A stretch of 20,000 nucleotides of DNA from an uncultured virus (IMG/VR IMGVR_UViG_3300022562_001918) (lineage: Duplodnaviria > Heunggongvirae > Uroviricota > Caudoviricetes): the IMG/VR virus record IMGVR_UViG_3300022562_001918; one strand, 5' to 3'. A program made the translations under genes and the position numbers. Of this stretch, positions 7,245-14,988 are shown in pieces (position 1 is the stretch's first letter; every line of letters begins with the position of its first letter). A model generated the notes under the pieces. The model saw only the letters and a list, made by a program, of their open reading frames with translations, had not been told where the DNA came from and made no database searches.

Positions 7245-7332
7245 GTCACACACCACACCTAGCACGCCCGCTATGCCTACCAGTTCCGCTGGAGGTCGGG
7301 CCACTGCTCTCGTGGTGTGTGGCTTTTTTAGC
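7245..7332 (+). ncRNA. Candidate rod-shaped structured RNA or extended terminator (~80 nt) + TTTTTTAGC
   Basis: GTCACACACCAC (7245-7256)/GTGGTGTGTGGC (7312-7323), 12 bp with 1 G-U; nested AGCA/TGCT, GCCCG/CGGGC, CCT/AGG, CCAG/CTGG. Confidence 0.55.
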
Positions 7333-7343
7333 CATCACCTGTC

Positions 7344-7366
7344 CACAGGAAAAGTCATGGCAGAAG
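7344..7366 (+). promoter_or_regulatory. Promoter copy 9, variant (CACA-N11-GGCAGAAG)
   Basis: Same spacing; ATG 7373 is 6 nt downstream. Confidence 0.6.
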
Positions 7367-7372
7367 GCTTGT

Positions 7373-7867
7373 ATGACCCCCATCGAACGCCTCAAAGGCT
7401 TCACCGAGCTCCACGGTGGAATCATGGCCTTCACTCGCGAAACAAAGTTCTTCAACTGCCCGTTCAGTAGTGACGTCGGAATCGAGTGGAGGTCTCAAAT
7501 CCTTTTCGTCCGCTCAGACTCAAGGCCAAGCGACAAATTGTTCGCCAACATGATCCACGAGCTCGGCCACCTTCTTGCCGCCGACAAACCTCCTGGGCCG
7601 AACTGCGATGAGCTCATGTTTCTTGGATGGGAAACTCTCGTTGCAAAGCAAGTCATCGGCTGGGACTTAAAACGATGGCAGACAGCGGTCGGTGACTACA
7701 GCCTCGAGCCTGGAGTCGAACTTGAGAACCTTTCCCTTGAAGAGCTCAAAGAACGACAGAAGGAATGGGTCAACGAGGGAGAGGCCTACTACAAAAACAT
7801 CGTCGACGGCGAGCCCGTGTCGATTTGCAGGCCACAATCCATTCCAACCCAACTACTCACCCCATAG
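7373..7867 (+). CDS. Putative zinc metallopeptidase-like protein (HExxH), 164 aa
   Basis: MIHELGHLL motif with downstream Glu (CDELMF), a layout seen in ImmA/IrrE-like zincins; start inferred from promoter spacing. Confidence 0.6.
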   Translation: MTPIERLKGFTELHGGIMAFTRETKFFNCPFSSDVGIEWRSQILFVRSDSRPSDKLFANMIHELGHLLAADKPPGPNCDELMFLGWETLVAKQVIGWDLKRWQTAVGDYSLEPGVELENLSLEELKERQKEWVNEGEAYYKNIVDGEPVSICRPQSIPTQLLTP

Positions 7868-7965
7868 AGAACATCAGACCACCATTTGATGCCGTCCGCA
7901 TCTTGTGGTTGCTCGAGCCCGATACACAAGACCTCGTGGCTTGACTGATCAATTCACCAGGGTAG

Positions 7966-8544
7966 ATGCTGGCCGTCTGCCCCAAGGAGTCCGCTTTGTC
8001 ATTTGATATGAAGAAGTGGCTCGATGGTAACGTCGTGCCTCTCACTCAACGCGAACCAAAATCGAAAATCTACTCGTTCATCTGGAACGGCAATCCTCCC
8101 AGGGAGATCCTTGTTTGGCTTCTTGCGGGTCATCCGTCGGCAGGCGATGACTCGGAAGGAACTAGCGCGTCCGAGGAGGAAAAACCATTCAACCCACTCG
8201 ACTGGCCGAATCTTGTCAAGCGACTCCTGGTTGAGGACGACTTCCGCTTCGACTACCTGCGTGAGCAGCAGATGGTCAAAATCGAAACCGGCATGATTCC
8301 CGTGTTTGGCGGCGATGGAGCCCCTCTCTTTGGAAAAGACGGCATGGCCTCCTCGAGGCTCTTCAAGGTCATGGACGATGGCATCCGCCTCATCCTGCAG
8401 GTCGGTTGCAAATACCCAGGCGAAAGCGGCATGAACCCAGGCCAGCATGCTTCGGCCGCCGTCAAAGGGTTCTTCGGCCTCTTCGACGACGAAAACCCTC
8501 TCACTGTGTGCCAGAAGTACGCCGCGGTCTTCGGGCAAGCCTGA
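7966..8544 (+). CDS. Hypothetical protein, up to 192 aa (start 7966 or 8008)
   Basis: Long + strand ORF, TGATG-coupled to the next gene. Confidence 0.7.
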   Translation: MLAVCPKESALSFDMKKWLDGNVVPLTQREPKSKIYSFIWNGNPPREILVWLLAGHPSAGDDSEGTSASEEEKPFNPLDWPNLVKRLLVEDDFRFDYLREQQMVKIETGMIPVFGGDGAPLFGKDGMASSRLFKVMDDGIRLILQVGCKYPGESGMNPGQHASAAVKGFFGLFDDENPLTVCQKYAAVFGQA

Positions 8545-9089
8545 TGAGGCGCGCGCTGCAAATCGTCAGAGTGCTCCTGGCCCACGAACCAGAGCTCGGC
8601 CTCGCTCCAAACTACAACCCCCCAGACGACCTGCTCGCCGCCCGCAAGCGATACTTCGAGCTCGCCCAGATTCCACCTCGACCTCACTTTTGGTCTGACG
8701 ACTCGTGGCGCTTCGAGCACTGGGAGTGGAATGGGCCAAGGCGTTCGGATGGACAGCCGTACATTCACGTAAATAGGCGAGATCTGTCAGTCCACCAGTT
8801 TCTATGGCTCATGGACAACGGACCCATCCCCGAGGGCCTATTCGCCAAGCCGGCCTGCGGAAACCGTGACTGCGTGAGCATGCATCACGTCCGGCTCAGG
8901 CCGCGGCGCGGACAACTCCTTCGGCATGACGAGAAGACCATCTTGGACTTGTTCCGCCAGGAGCACCTGGGTCTGTCGGTGAAACAGATCGGGGACCTTT
9001 TCGGAGTCACCGAGCGCCGAGTCCTCGAAGCGTTAGAGGCGCAGGCTGGGCAATTTATCCACACGGAAAATCATGAGCTGGCAGGCTGA
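8544..9089 (+). CDS. Degenerate HNH-endonuclease-like domain + C-terminal HTH, 181 aa (start ATG 8544)
   Basis: HWEWNG..G..VHQFLW..NGPIPEG...CGNRDCVSMHHV follows the phage HNH scaffold; LSVKQIGDLFGVTERRV is HTH-like. Confidence 0.65.
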   Translation: MRRALQIVRVLLAHEPELGLAPNYNPPDDLLAARKRYFELAQIPPRPHFWSDDSWRFEHWEWNGPRRSDGQPYIHVNRRDLSVHQFLWLMDNGPIPEGLFAKPACGNRDCVSMHHVRLRPRRGQLLRHDEKTILDLFRQEHLGLSVKQIGDLFGVTERRVLEALEAQAGQFIHTENHELAG

Positions 9090-9278
9090 AAAACGAGCCA
9101 TTTTGGAGAGGTCAGCCTGCGTCAATCTGCCACGGGTTACATGTCGGTGTATGTCTGTTCTATGGTCACACGTAGGGAAACAAGCTCAGATGTCTGATGA
9201 TGTAATAAAAGTGTGATTGTGCTGTTTGTCACATCGCCGAATCTGTAAGTGGTTGAAGGCTCGTTCGAGACTGACAGA

Positions 9279-9377
9279 AAAAGTCTACACACCCACCCAG
9301 AATCAAGCTCCCCTGTCTCTTCTCTCTCTTCCGAAAGAGACACCCGCTAGCAAAAACACCTGGGTGTGTACACTTTT
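9279..9377. repeat. Inverted repeat AAAAGTCTACACACCCA / TGGGTGTGTACACTTTT (16/17) enclosing TGTCTCTT/AAGAGACA
   Basis: Arms at 9279-9295 and 9361-9377; inner arms at 9314-9321 and 9335-9342. Confidence 0.8.
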
Positions 9378-9433
9378 CGGTATTCGACACATTCATCCTC
9401 CCCCCTCTCTCTTTCTCTCAAATTTTCAATATG

Positions 9434-9467
9434 GTTATCCACAATCATGTTCTTGAGTTATCCACAA
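9434..9467 (+). promoter_or_regulatory. Two perfect DnaA boxes TTATCCACA (9435-9443, 9458-9466)
   Basis: Exact consensus R-box; 11-bp direct repeat GTTATCCACAA with a 23-bp period. Confidence 0.7.
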
Positions 9468-9480
9468 CCCATATGGCTCT

Positions 9481-9488
9481 GGCATAAG
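9481..9488 (+). promoter_or_regulatory. GGCATAAG octamer upstream of the primase-helicase (lacks the upstream CA(C/G)T element)
   Basis: Exact octamer 47 nt before ATG 9536. Confidence 0.55.
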
Positions 9489-9535
9489 GGCTGTAAGCCA
9501 AGTTCCTACCCCATTCACTGAAGAGGATTCCACGC

Positions 9536-12500
9536 ATGAGCCATTGGAAGGAGTATGGGTACGTCGACGCCCAGTTTGAGCACTCCGCCAGCAAGAAGAA
9601 GTCGAAGTGGGTTCGCGTTCAGGTGGAGGACGTGGACAAGAAGATCGTCGCGAAATCACAAGGCGCCAATTGCTTTGCGACTATCCAGCGATTCAAGGAC
9701 GCGACCTCCCTTCTCGAGCAGTCGAGGGAAGCTAAGACCGCGAAAAAGAATGGGCACGACCCTAGAGAGGCTCAGCGCCAGGCAGATTTCAGGGAAGGTG
9801 ACGACCTCCCCTCTGACTGCCAGATGCGCTACCACGGACTGTTCTTTGATTTTGACTGTGACCACAAGAAGTTAGGGATCACCCGGGAGGAGGCGGTAGC
9901 CATCAGCAAGCGCGACTGCCTCAGGCTCGCGGAGTGGTTCCATGAGACGTTCGACCTCAACGAGGCGCACCTCCAGATCTGGTTCTCGGGTAACAAGGGG
10001 TTCCACCTCACCGTTCGCCCGGAGGTATTCGGCATCAAGCCGCACTACCACCTGACCTACATCGTTCGCTCCATTGCGTTCGAGCTGGCGGATGCCCTTG
10101 AGCTCGAGACCCTGGACCGGTCTGTCTACACCCGCCGGCGGATGTGGCGTATTGCCAACACCGTCAACCCGAAGTCGGGGAAGTTCAAGATCGAGCTCTA
10201 CATCCAGGAGCTCCGGCAGTGGAATTCGGAGAAGCTGCTCGAGCGCGCGTCCGAGCCAAGGGTCGAGACCTCGAACCGAGACCCGATGGCCTGGTCCCAT
10301 CTCTGGGAAGCCATTGAATACAAAGACATTGCACCGGATGAGGAGGCGGTGAACTGGTACACCGAGCGGTTTGCGGCGTACGACGCCTACAAAGATCTCA
10401 GGAACTTATCGCCAAGAAACCCCATTAGGACGATGGAGGAGGCTGGCACCAACGGTCTCGAAGGGGACAAGTACCCGGTGTGTATCAAGGACCTGCTCGA
10501 CAATGGGCCGAAGGAGGGAGGGCCAAACCGGAACCGCGTCATCCTGCCCATTGCTGGATTCTTTAGCGATGCTGGAATGGACAAGGCCTGGACGCTCAAC
10601 AGGATGGCGGAGTGGACAGAGACTCACTATCCAGACCCGAGGGAGCTCAGCGACCGGCTGAACAACACGAAGAGCGTGGTGGAGTCGGCGTACCGTGGCC
10701 AGACACGGTTCTCGTGTCGGTTCATCCGCTCGTGTGGTGGTACGGGGGAGAAGGGTCGTGTGGCATGCGTGACGGAGAAGAACTGTCACTGGATCAAGTC
10801 ACCCGAGGACCAGGAGCCAGCCCAGATTCCATTCATGCATCTCTCGGAGGCCTCGAAGGGTTGCTACAACGGCACGAAGATTCGCACGGCGATTCACGTT
10901 GCAACGATAGCGGGCAGGCCGTTTCAGCTGCCAATGGCTGGGCAGTTTCTCTGTGAGCCAGATCCATCGGCCAAGATCTGCGAGAAGTGCCCAAACCTAA
11001 AAGCTGGGGGGAATCTCAAATGGTCATTTGACTCCGAGGACCGAGATGTTCTGAACCTCGTCAACGTCAACGACAGCATCAAGAAAGGAACCATCAAGAG
11101 CAAGGCTGGCATTCCACAGAAGTGCTACCGGGTATCTATCAACGTTGAGGATTATGGAAACGTCGAGGAGATTCAAGTCATCCCGATGGTCGACTACGCC
11201 AACGCATATGAAATGGATGCAGGCGAGGACGATGACACGATTGACGCAAGAGGAGCCAAGCATGTTGTTCGTCTGGCCTACTACATGGGTCATGGCATCG
11301 AGGCCAACAAGAAGTACCTGATTGAGCCGACAGTCTTTGGCCACCCAAGGGACCAGCGCGTCTGCTTTCTGTTCGACAAGGCTGAGCCCGCTCAGAACGA
11401 CATCGACCAGTTCAAGATGACGGATGATCTAAAGGACAAGCTAAAGGTCTTTCAGCCAAGGATAAACCAAACCGTCGAAGAGAAGCTCATCGAGATTCAC
11501 CGAGACTTGACGGTCAACGTCCACAGGATTGGTGGCCGGTTCGATCTCTCCATCGGGGTCGACCTTTGTTACCACTCGGTCATTGGCTTTCGCTTTGCGG
11601 GCGATGACGTCCACAAGGGATGGTTCGAGCTCGTGGTGATTGGCGACACCTCAACAGGCAAGTCGACGCTTATCCAGCGCATGATGCGGCACTTTGGCCT
11701 TGGGGAGCTCATCGCGGGTGAGCAAGCCAAGCGCACGGGTCTCATTTATGCCTCGGTTCAGGTGGCTGGCCAATGGGTGCTCATCTGGGGAAAGATTCCA
11801 CAGAACGACAGGCGCCTACTGGTCATCGACGAGTTCTCAGGCATTCCAGGTGAGGAGGTATCCAAGATGACGCAGCTCCGCTCCGAGGGCAAAGCCCAAG
11901 GTGGTGGTGTCAACGCGCACTATGAGACCTTTGCTCGTGCCAGGATGATTCTCCTTACGAACCCTCGAGGGAACAAAGGCTCTCTCCAGGGATTCAACTA
12001 CGGGGTTCAGGCGCTCGATCAGCTATTCGATGAGCGTGCTGACCTAAGGCGTGTCGACTTGGCCATGATCATGGAAGAGTCGGATGTCCCCAAGGAGATT
12101 GTCACCAAGCGCTGGGACAAGGTGGACCTGCCGCACATCTACACGGCAGATCTTTGTCGCAACCTGGTCTTGTGGGCCTGGTCTCGCAATCCTCACCACG
12201 TCGAGTGGATGGAGGATGCAGAGTCTGAGGCGGTGTCCTGGGCCGACAGGCTAGGTGATACCTACGAGTGCGATTTGCCACTGGCGGTAAGGACGGACCT
12301 GAAGATCAAGATTGCCAGGGTGGCAACAGCGTGTGCAGCGAGGCTGTTCTCGACGGATGACGAGGCCAAGAAGGTCATCGTGAGAAAGGAGCATGTGGAG
12401 TTTGCGGCGAAGTTCATGGACCGCGCCTATCGCAAACCAGCGATGGCGTTCTTTGAGTACGCTCGCAAGTTCAAGATGGACAACCATTTCACGGAGGAGA

Positions 12501-12952
12501 AGAAAGCAAACATCAGGCACACGCTGGAGAGCTATGGGGATGACCGGGACAGCATCGTGTCGGCGCTCCTTGACGTAGATCTGATTACAAAGCCCTTGTT
12601 CATCGACATGGTCAACATTGGTGATGACGAGTTCAGGAAGCTGTGGAAGTTCATGGTGGGCCACCGGCTGCTGAGAAAGACAGCCAGGGGCTACCGGAAG
12701 ACTGGAGCATTCACGAAGTTCCTAAAGGAGCTGGGTGTGAAGAGCTCGGGCTACTCCGGTGAGCTGTCGTCTGACTTTGAGACGGGCGGCAATTTCGAGG
12801 AGGCTGTGCGCGAGCTCGTTGGGCCGATTGGCGGAGATGACGAAGAGGATGACCATGGCCAGGAGGATGATCCTGTAACAGAGGACGAGTTCGACGACGC
12901 TCCATTCGGCGACGACGAACCATTCGAGGAGGCGGACGAGCCTCCGTTCTAG
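9536..12952 (+). CDS. Archaeo-eukaryotic primase (AEP)-MCM-type AAA+ helicase fusion, 1138 aa
   Basis: AEP motifs FFDFD, FSGNKGFHL, LDRSVY..RMWR; Cys-rich PriL/PriCT-like region (YPVC..FSC..C..C); Zn finger ICEKC; MCM motifs Walker A GDTSTGKS, Walker B LLVIDEF, ARARMILLTNP, Arg finger LRRVDL; acidic C-terminal tail. Confidence 0.9.
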   Translation: MSHWKEYGYVDAQFEHSASKKKSKWVRVQVEDVDKKIVAKSQGANCFATIQRFKDATSLLEQSREAKTAKKNGHDPREAQRQADFREGDDLPSDCQMRYHGLFFDFDCDHKKLGITREEAVAISKRDCLRLAEWFHETFDLNEAHLQIWFSGNKGFHLTVRPEVFGIKPHYHLTYIVRSIAFELADALELETLDRSVYTRRRMWRIANTVNPKSGKFKIELYIQELRQWNSEKLLERASEPRVETSNRDPMAWSHLWEAIEYKDIAPDEEAVNWYTERFAAYDAYKDLRNLSPRNPIRTMEEAGTNGLEGDKYPVCIKDLLDNGPKEGGPNRNRVILPIAGFFSDAGMDKAWTLNRMAEWTETHYPDPRELSDRLNNTKSVVESAYRGQTRFSCRFIRSCGGTGEKGRVACVTEKNCHWIKSPEDQEPAQIPFMHLSEASKGCYNGTKIRTAIHVATIAGRPFQLPMAGQFLCEPDPSAKICEKCPNLKAGGNLKWSFDSEDRDVLNLVNVNDSIKKGTIKSKAGIPQKCYRVSINVEDYGNVEEIQVIPMVDYANAYEMDAGEDDDTIDARGAKHVVRLAYYMGHGIEANKKYLIEPTVFGHPRDQRVCFLFDKAEPAQNDIDQFKMTDDLKDKLKVFQPRINQTVEEKLIEIHRDLTVNVHRIGGRFDLSIGVDLCYHSVIGFRFAGDDVHKGWFELVVIGDTSTGKSTLIQRMMRHFGLGELIAGEQAKRTGLIYASVQVAGQWVLIWGKIPQNDRRLLVIDEFSGIPGEEVSKMTQLRSEGKAQGGGVNAHYETFARARMILLTNPRGNKGSLQGFNYGVQALDQLFDERADLRRVDLAMIMEESDVPKEIVTKRWDKVDLPHIYTADLCRNLVLWAWSRNPHHVEWMEDAESEAVSWADRLGDTYECDLPLAVRTDLKIKIARVATACAARLFSTDDEAKKVIVRKEHVEFAAKFMDRAYRKPAMAFFEYARKFKMDNHFTEEKKANIRHTLESYGDDRDSIVSALLDVDLITKPLFIDMVNIGDDEFRKLWKFMVGHRLLRKTARGYRKTGAFTKFLKELGVKSSGYSGELSSDFETGGNFEEAVRELVGPIGGDDEEDDHGQEDDPVTEDEFDDAPFGDDEPFEEADEPPF

Positions 12953-12960
12953 GAGGAAAT

Positions 12961-14118
12961 ATGAGAACCAAGGACATGTGGAAGAAGACGGGGGATGCCA
13001 TCGCGAATGCACTCAAGGGGTACAGGAAGGGTACATGGCCCGCCATGTTCTACGAGTCGATCCTTTGGATACTCGTTGCATCAACAGAAGACCCAAAGAT
13101 TGCATTGGCGATGCGCCAAGCAGCTGCGATAGGTGAGACAGCGAAGACAGATCTCATCTACCAACTGGCTTTTTCTGCATCATGGAAGCTGTTGGGGAGA
13201 CCTGTTTTCAAGCTGACCCCTGGCCTAACGGCAGCTCTCATGCTGACGGAGTTGCCGGATACAGACCTGAACGAACTGAGGCTCCCGTTTCCGTCGATGT
13301 GGGTCGAAATACCGCATGACGTCATCACGTTTGCCGACGAGAAAGGAGAGAGATATTCGTGCAATCAGTTCTCTGTGCAAGAGTCATTTGATCCAGACAT
13401 CTACGACACCTGGACAGATGAAGAGATTCGTAAGTTCGTCGTCAACATGGGGCACCTTGTTACAAGGTGTGCCATGCAAATTGCCGAGCAGGGTCCACCT
13501 GGCCCTTACTTGGGGGAGGAGGTCTTTCATAGCGTTGTTGGCGAAATCGGAGGCCTTGTTAAGCGTCGTTGGCGAATGGAAGGCTTTATCAAGGACAAGG
13601 TCAATATCTACACCAACTCATCTCCGATGAGGGATGGGATGACAATCCGTGAGTGGCTGGAATACCGAGACGGGTACGAGTTGTCCAGCGACGGAGAGCT
13701 GTTCGTTGACGACACTGACGACATGGCTCTTGCGGCAATGCACAGGTTGACGATCAATCTTGCTCTCTACCTGGAGATGAAGATGGAGAGGGATGGTCCT
13801 CTCAATGTGATTCGAAAGGAGAAGGGTCGCCGCAGCGGTTTTTCTATCTACAAGGTTGGCTCTGAGGTGAAACTCCCAGAGGGACTGATTAAGTCTGCGC
13901 GGGCCTACGCCCATGCTGGCGTTCAGCCTGAGGGGTGGAAGATGCAGCGGCGGTTCACGGTGCGCGGTCACTGGAGGAATCAGCCTTGCGGGCCAGGCCG
14001 AAAAGAGAGAAAACGCATCTTCATCGAGCCTCATTGGAAGGGGCCGGAGACCGCAGAAGAAATGTCCAGACTCTACGAGGCAAAGACCCTCGAAGAAGCC
14101 GGGCTAACGGACTCATAG
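12961..14118 (+). CDS. Phage hypothetical protein with C-terminal VRGHWR..IEPHWKG motif, 385 aa
   Basis: SD AGGAGG; the motif is one I recall from uncharacterised phage/MGE proteins. Confidence 0.8.
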   Translation: MRTKDMWKKTGDAIANALKGYRKGTWPAMFYESILWILVASTEDPKIALAMRQAAAIGETAKTDLIYQLAFSASWKLLGRPVFKLTPGLTAALMLTELPDTDLNELRLPFPSMWVEIPHDVITFADEKGERYSCNQFSVQESFDPDIYDTWTDEEIRKFVVNMGHLVTRCAMQIAEQGPPGPYLGEEVFHSVVGEIGGLVKRRWRMEGFIKDKVNIYTNSSPMRDGMTIREWLEYRDGYELSSDGELFVDDTDDMALAAMHRLTINLALYLEMKMERDGPLNVIRKEKGRRSGFSIYKVGSEVKLPEGLIKSARAYAHAGVQPEGWKMQRRFTVRGHWRNQPCGPGRKERKRIFIEPHWKGPETAEEMSRLYEAKTLEEAGLTDS

Positions 14119-14128
14119 GAGAAACAGC

Positions 14129-14299
14129 ATGGCTAAAAAACAAACGAGAAAGAGCATCAGCATCACAAAGGGTGCCTACGAAAAGCTCAAGGCGTACTCG
14201 GTGTCGACGAACAAGTCGATGTCGGGGGTGGTGGAAAACCTTGTAAATCACGAGCTCGACAAGCTCAGGGTGCCAAGGCAGGGCGAAGGATTCAACTGA
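14129..14299 (+). CDS. Ribbon-helix-helix (CopG/Arc-like) DNA-binding protein, 56 aa (not in the ORF track)
   Basis: SD AGGAG; MAKKQTRKSISITKGAYEKLKAYSVSTNKSMSGVVENLV matches the RHH strand-helix-S-x-S-helix pattern; TGATG coupling. Confidence 0.75.
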   Translation: MAKKQTRKSISITKGAYEKLKAYSVSTNKSMSGVVENLVNHELDKLRVPRQGEGFN

Positions 14300-14826
14300 T
14301 GCTCCGCCCGGAGTGGGAACCACGAGAGAACAGCGAAGGAGATCTGTTGTTCCCCATTTTCCGCATGATGGTGGAGTTCAAGTACACCAACACCAAGGGA
14401 GAAAGAGACTGGAGCGGCGGATGTCCTCGAAGGATGTTTGACCACGCTCCGACGTACGCCGAACTGGAAGAAAGCCTGGCGAGCCAGGTCGAGCATTTGC
14501 TGGCGAGCGCGGAGAGTCCGAGTAAACCAGTGGCCGAGTGGTACTACTCGCATCACGAGAGCTGGTGCCTGGGCTGGTTCTCACACCACACGTTTGACCG
14601 TGGGCAGAGCGACGAGGATATTCTCGAGAGCTTTGACCGTTACGTCTGGCGGTGCCAGGTGGTAAACGAGCGACACAGGTACCGTGGAGACCCAGAGGAG
14701 CCCGAGCCATTCTTGCTGATGGGCGCCGAGGACCGCTGGCGCTGGAGCGGCCAGCCCGAAGACCGGAATCCCCCCTGCCGTTGCGATGGTTGCAAGAAGT
14801 GGGGCCTGATTCGTATATGTCACTAG
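14299..14826 (+). CDS. Hypothetical Trp/Cys/His-rich protein, 175 aa
   Basis: Translationally coupled ORF; C-terminal CRCDGC..CH. Confidence 0.75.
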   Translation: MLRPEWEPRENSEGDLLFPIFRMMVEFKYTNTKGERDWSGGCPRRMFDHAPTYAELEESLASQVEHLLASAESPSKPVAEWYYSHHESWCLGWFSHHTFDRGQSDEDILESFDRYVWRCQVVNERHRYRGDPEEPEPFLLMGAEDRWRWSGQPEDRNPPCRCDGCKKWGLIRICH

Positions 14827-14838
14827 GGAGATAGATAA

Positions 14839-14988
14839 ATGGGAGGAAAACCACGACCGCCTCGAGTTACAAAGAGGCTAGAAGAACTGCTCCGCTGGTG
14901 CGCAGAAGATCCAGCGGAGCATAGCATCGACATGGATGGCAAGGACGCGAAGGCGCTTCTTGCTCTCATTGAAAAGGCAAAGCCATGA
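14839..14988 (+). CDS. Hypothetical protein, 49 aa (not in the ORF track)
   Basis: SD GGGAG; MGGKPRPPRVTKRLEELL...; ATGA overlap with the next gene. Confidence 0.6.
   Translation: MGGKPRPPRVTKRLEELLRWCAEDPAEHSIDMDGKDAKALLALIEKAKP

Larger units (their letters stand above)
9090..9535. other. Candidate replication origin / control region
   Basis: Largest non-coding gap; AT-richer; 17-bp inverted repeat; pyrimidine tracts; two DnaA boxes; directly upstream of the primase-helicase. Confidence 0.6.

Noticed and set aside
221..7366. Repeated modules as a CRISPR array or classical integron attC array
   Set aside because: Spacing is gene-sized and irregular and the repeats are degenerate; no cas gene, tyrosine integrase or RYYYAAC/GTTRRRY attC ends were seen
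9212..9233. TGTGA...TCACA as a CRP site
   Set aside because: Spacer is 12 nt, not 6
9137..9456. Short ORFs within the putative origin region
   Set aside because: No SD, low-complexity composition, overlap with the inverted repeats and DnaA boxes
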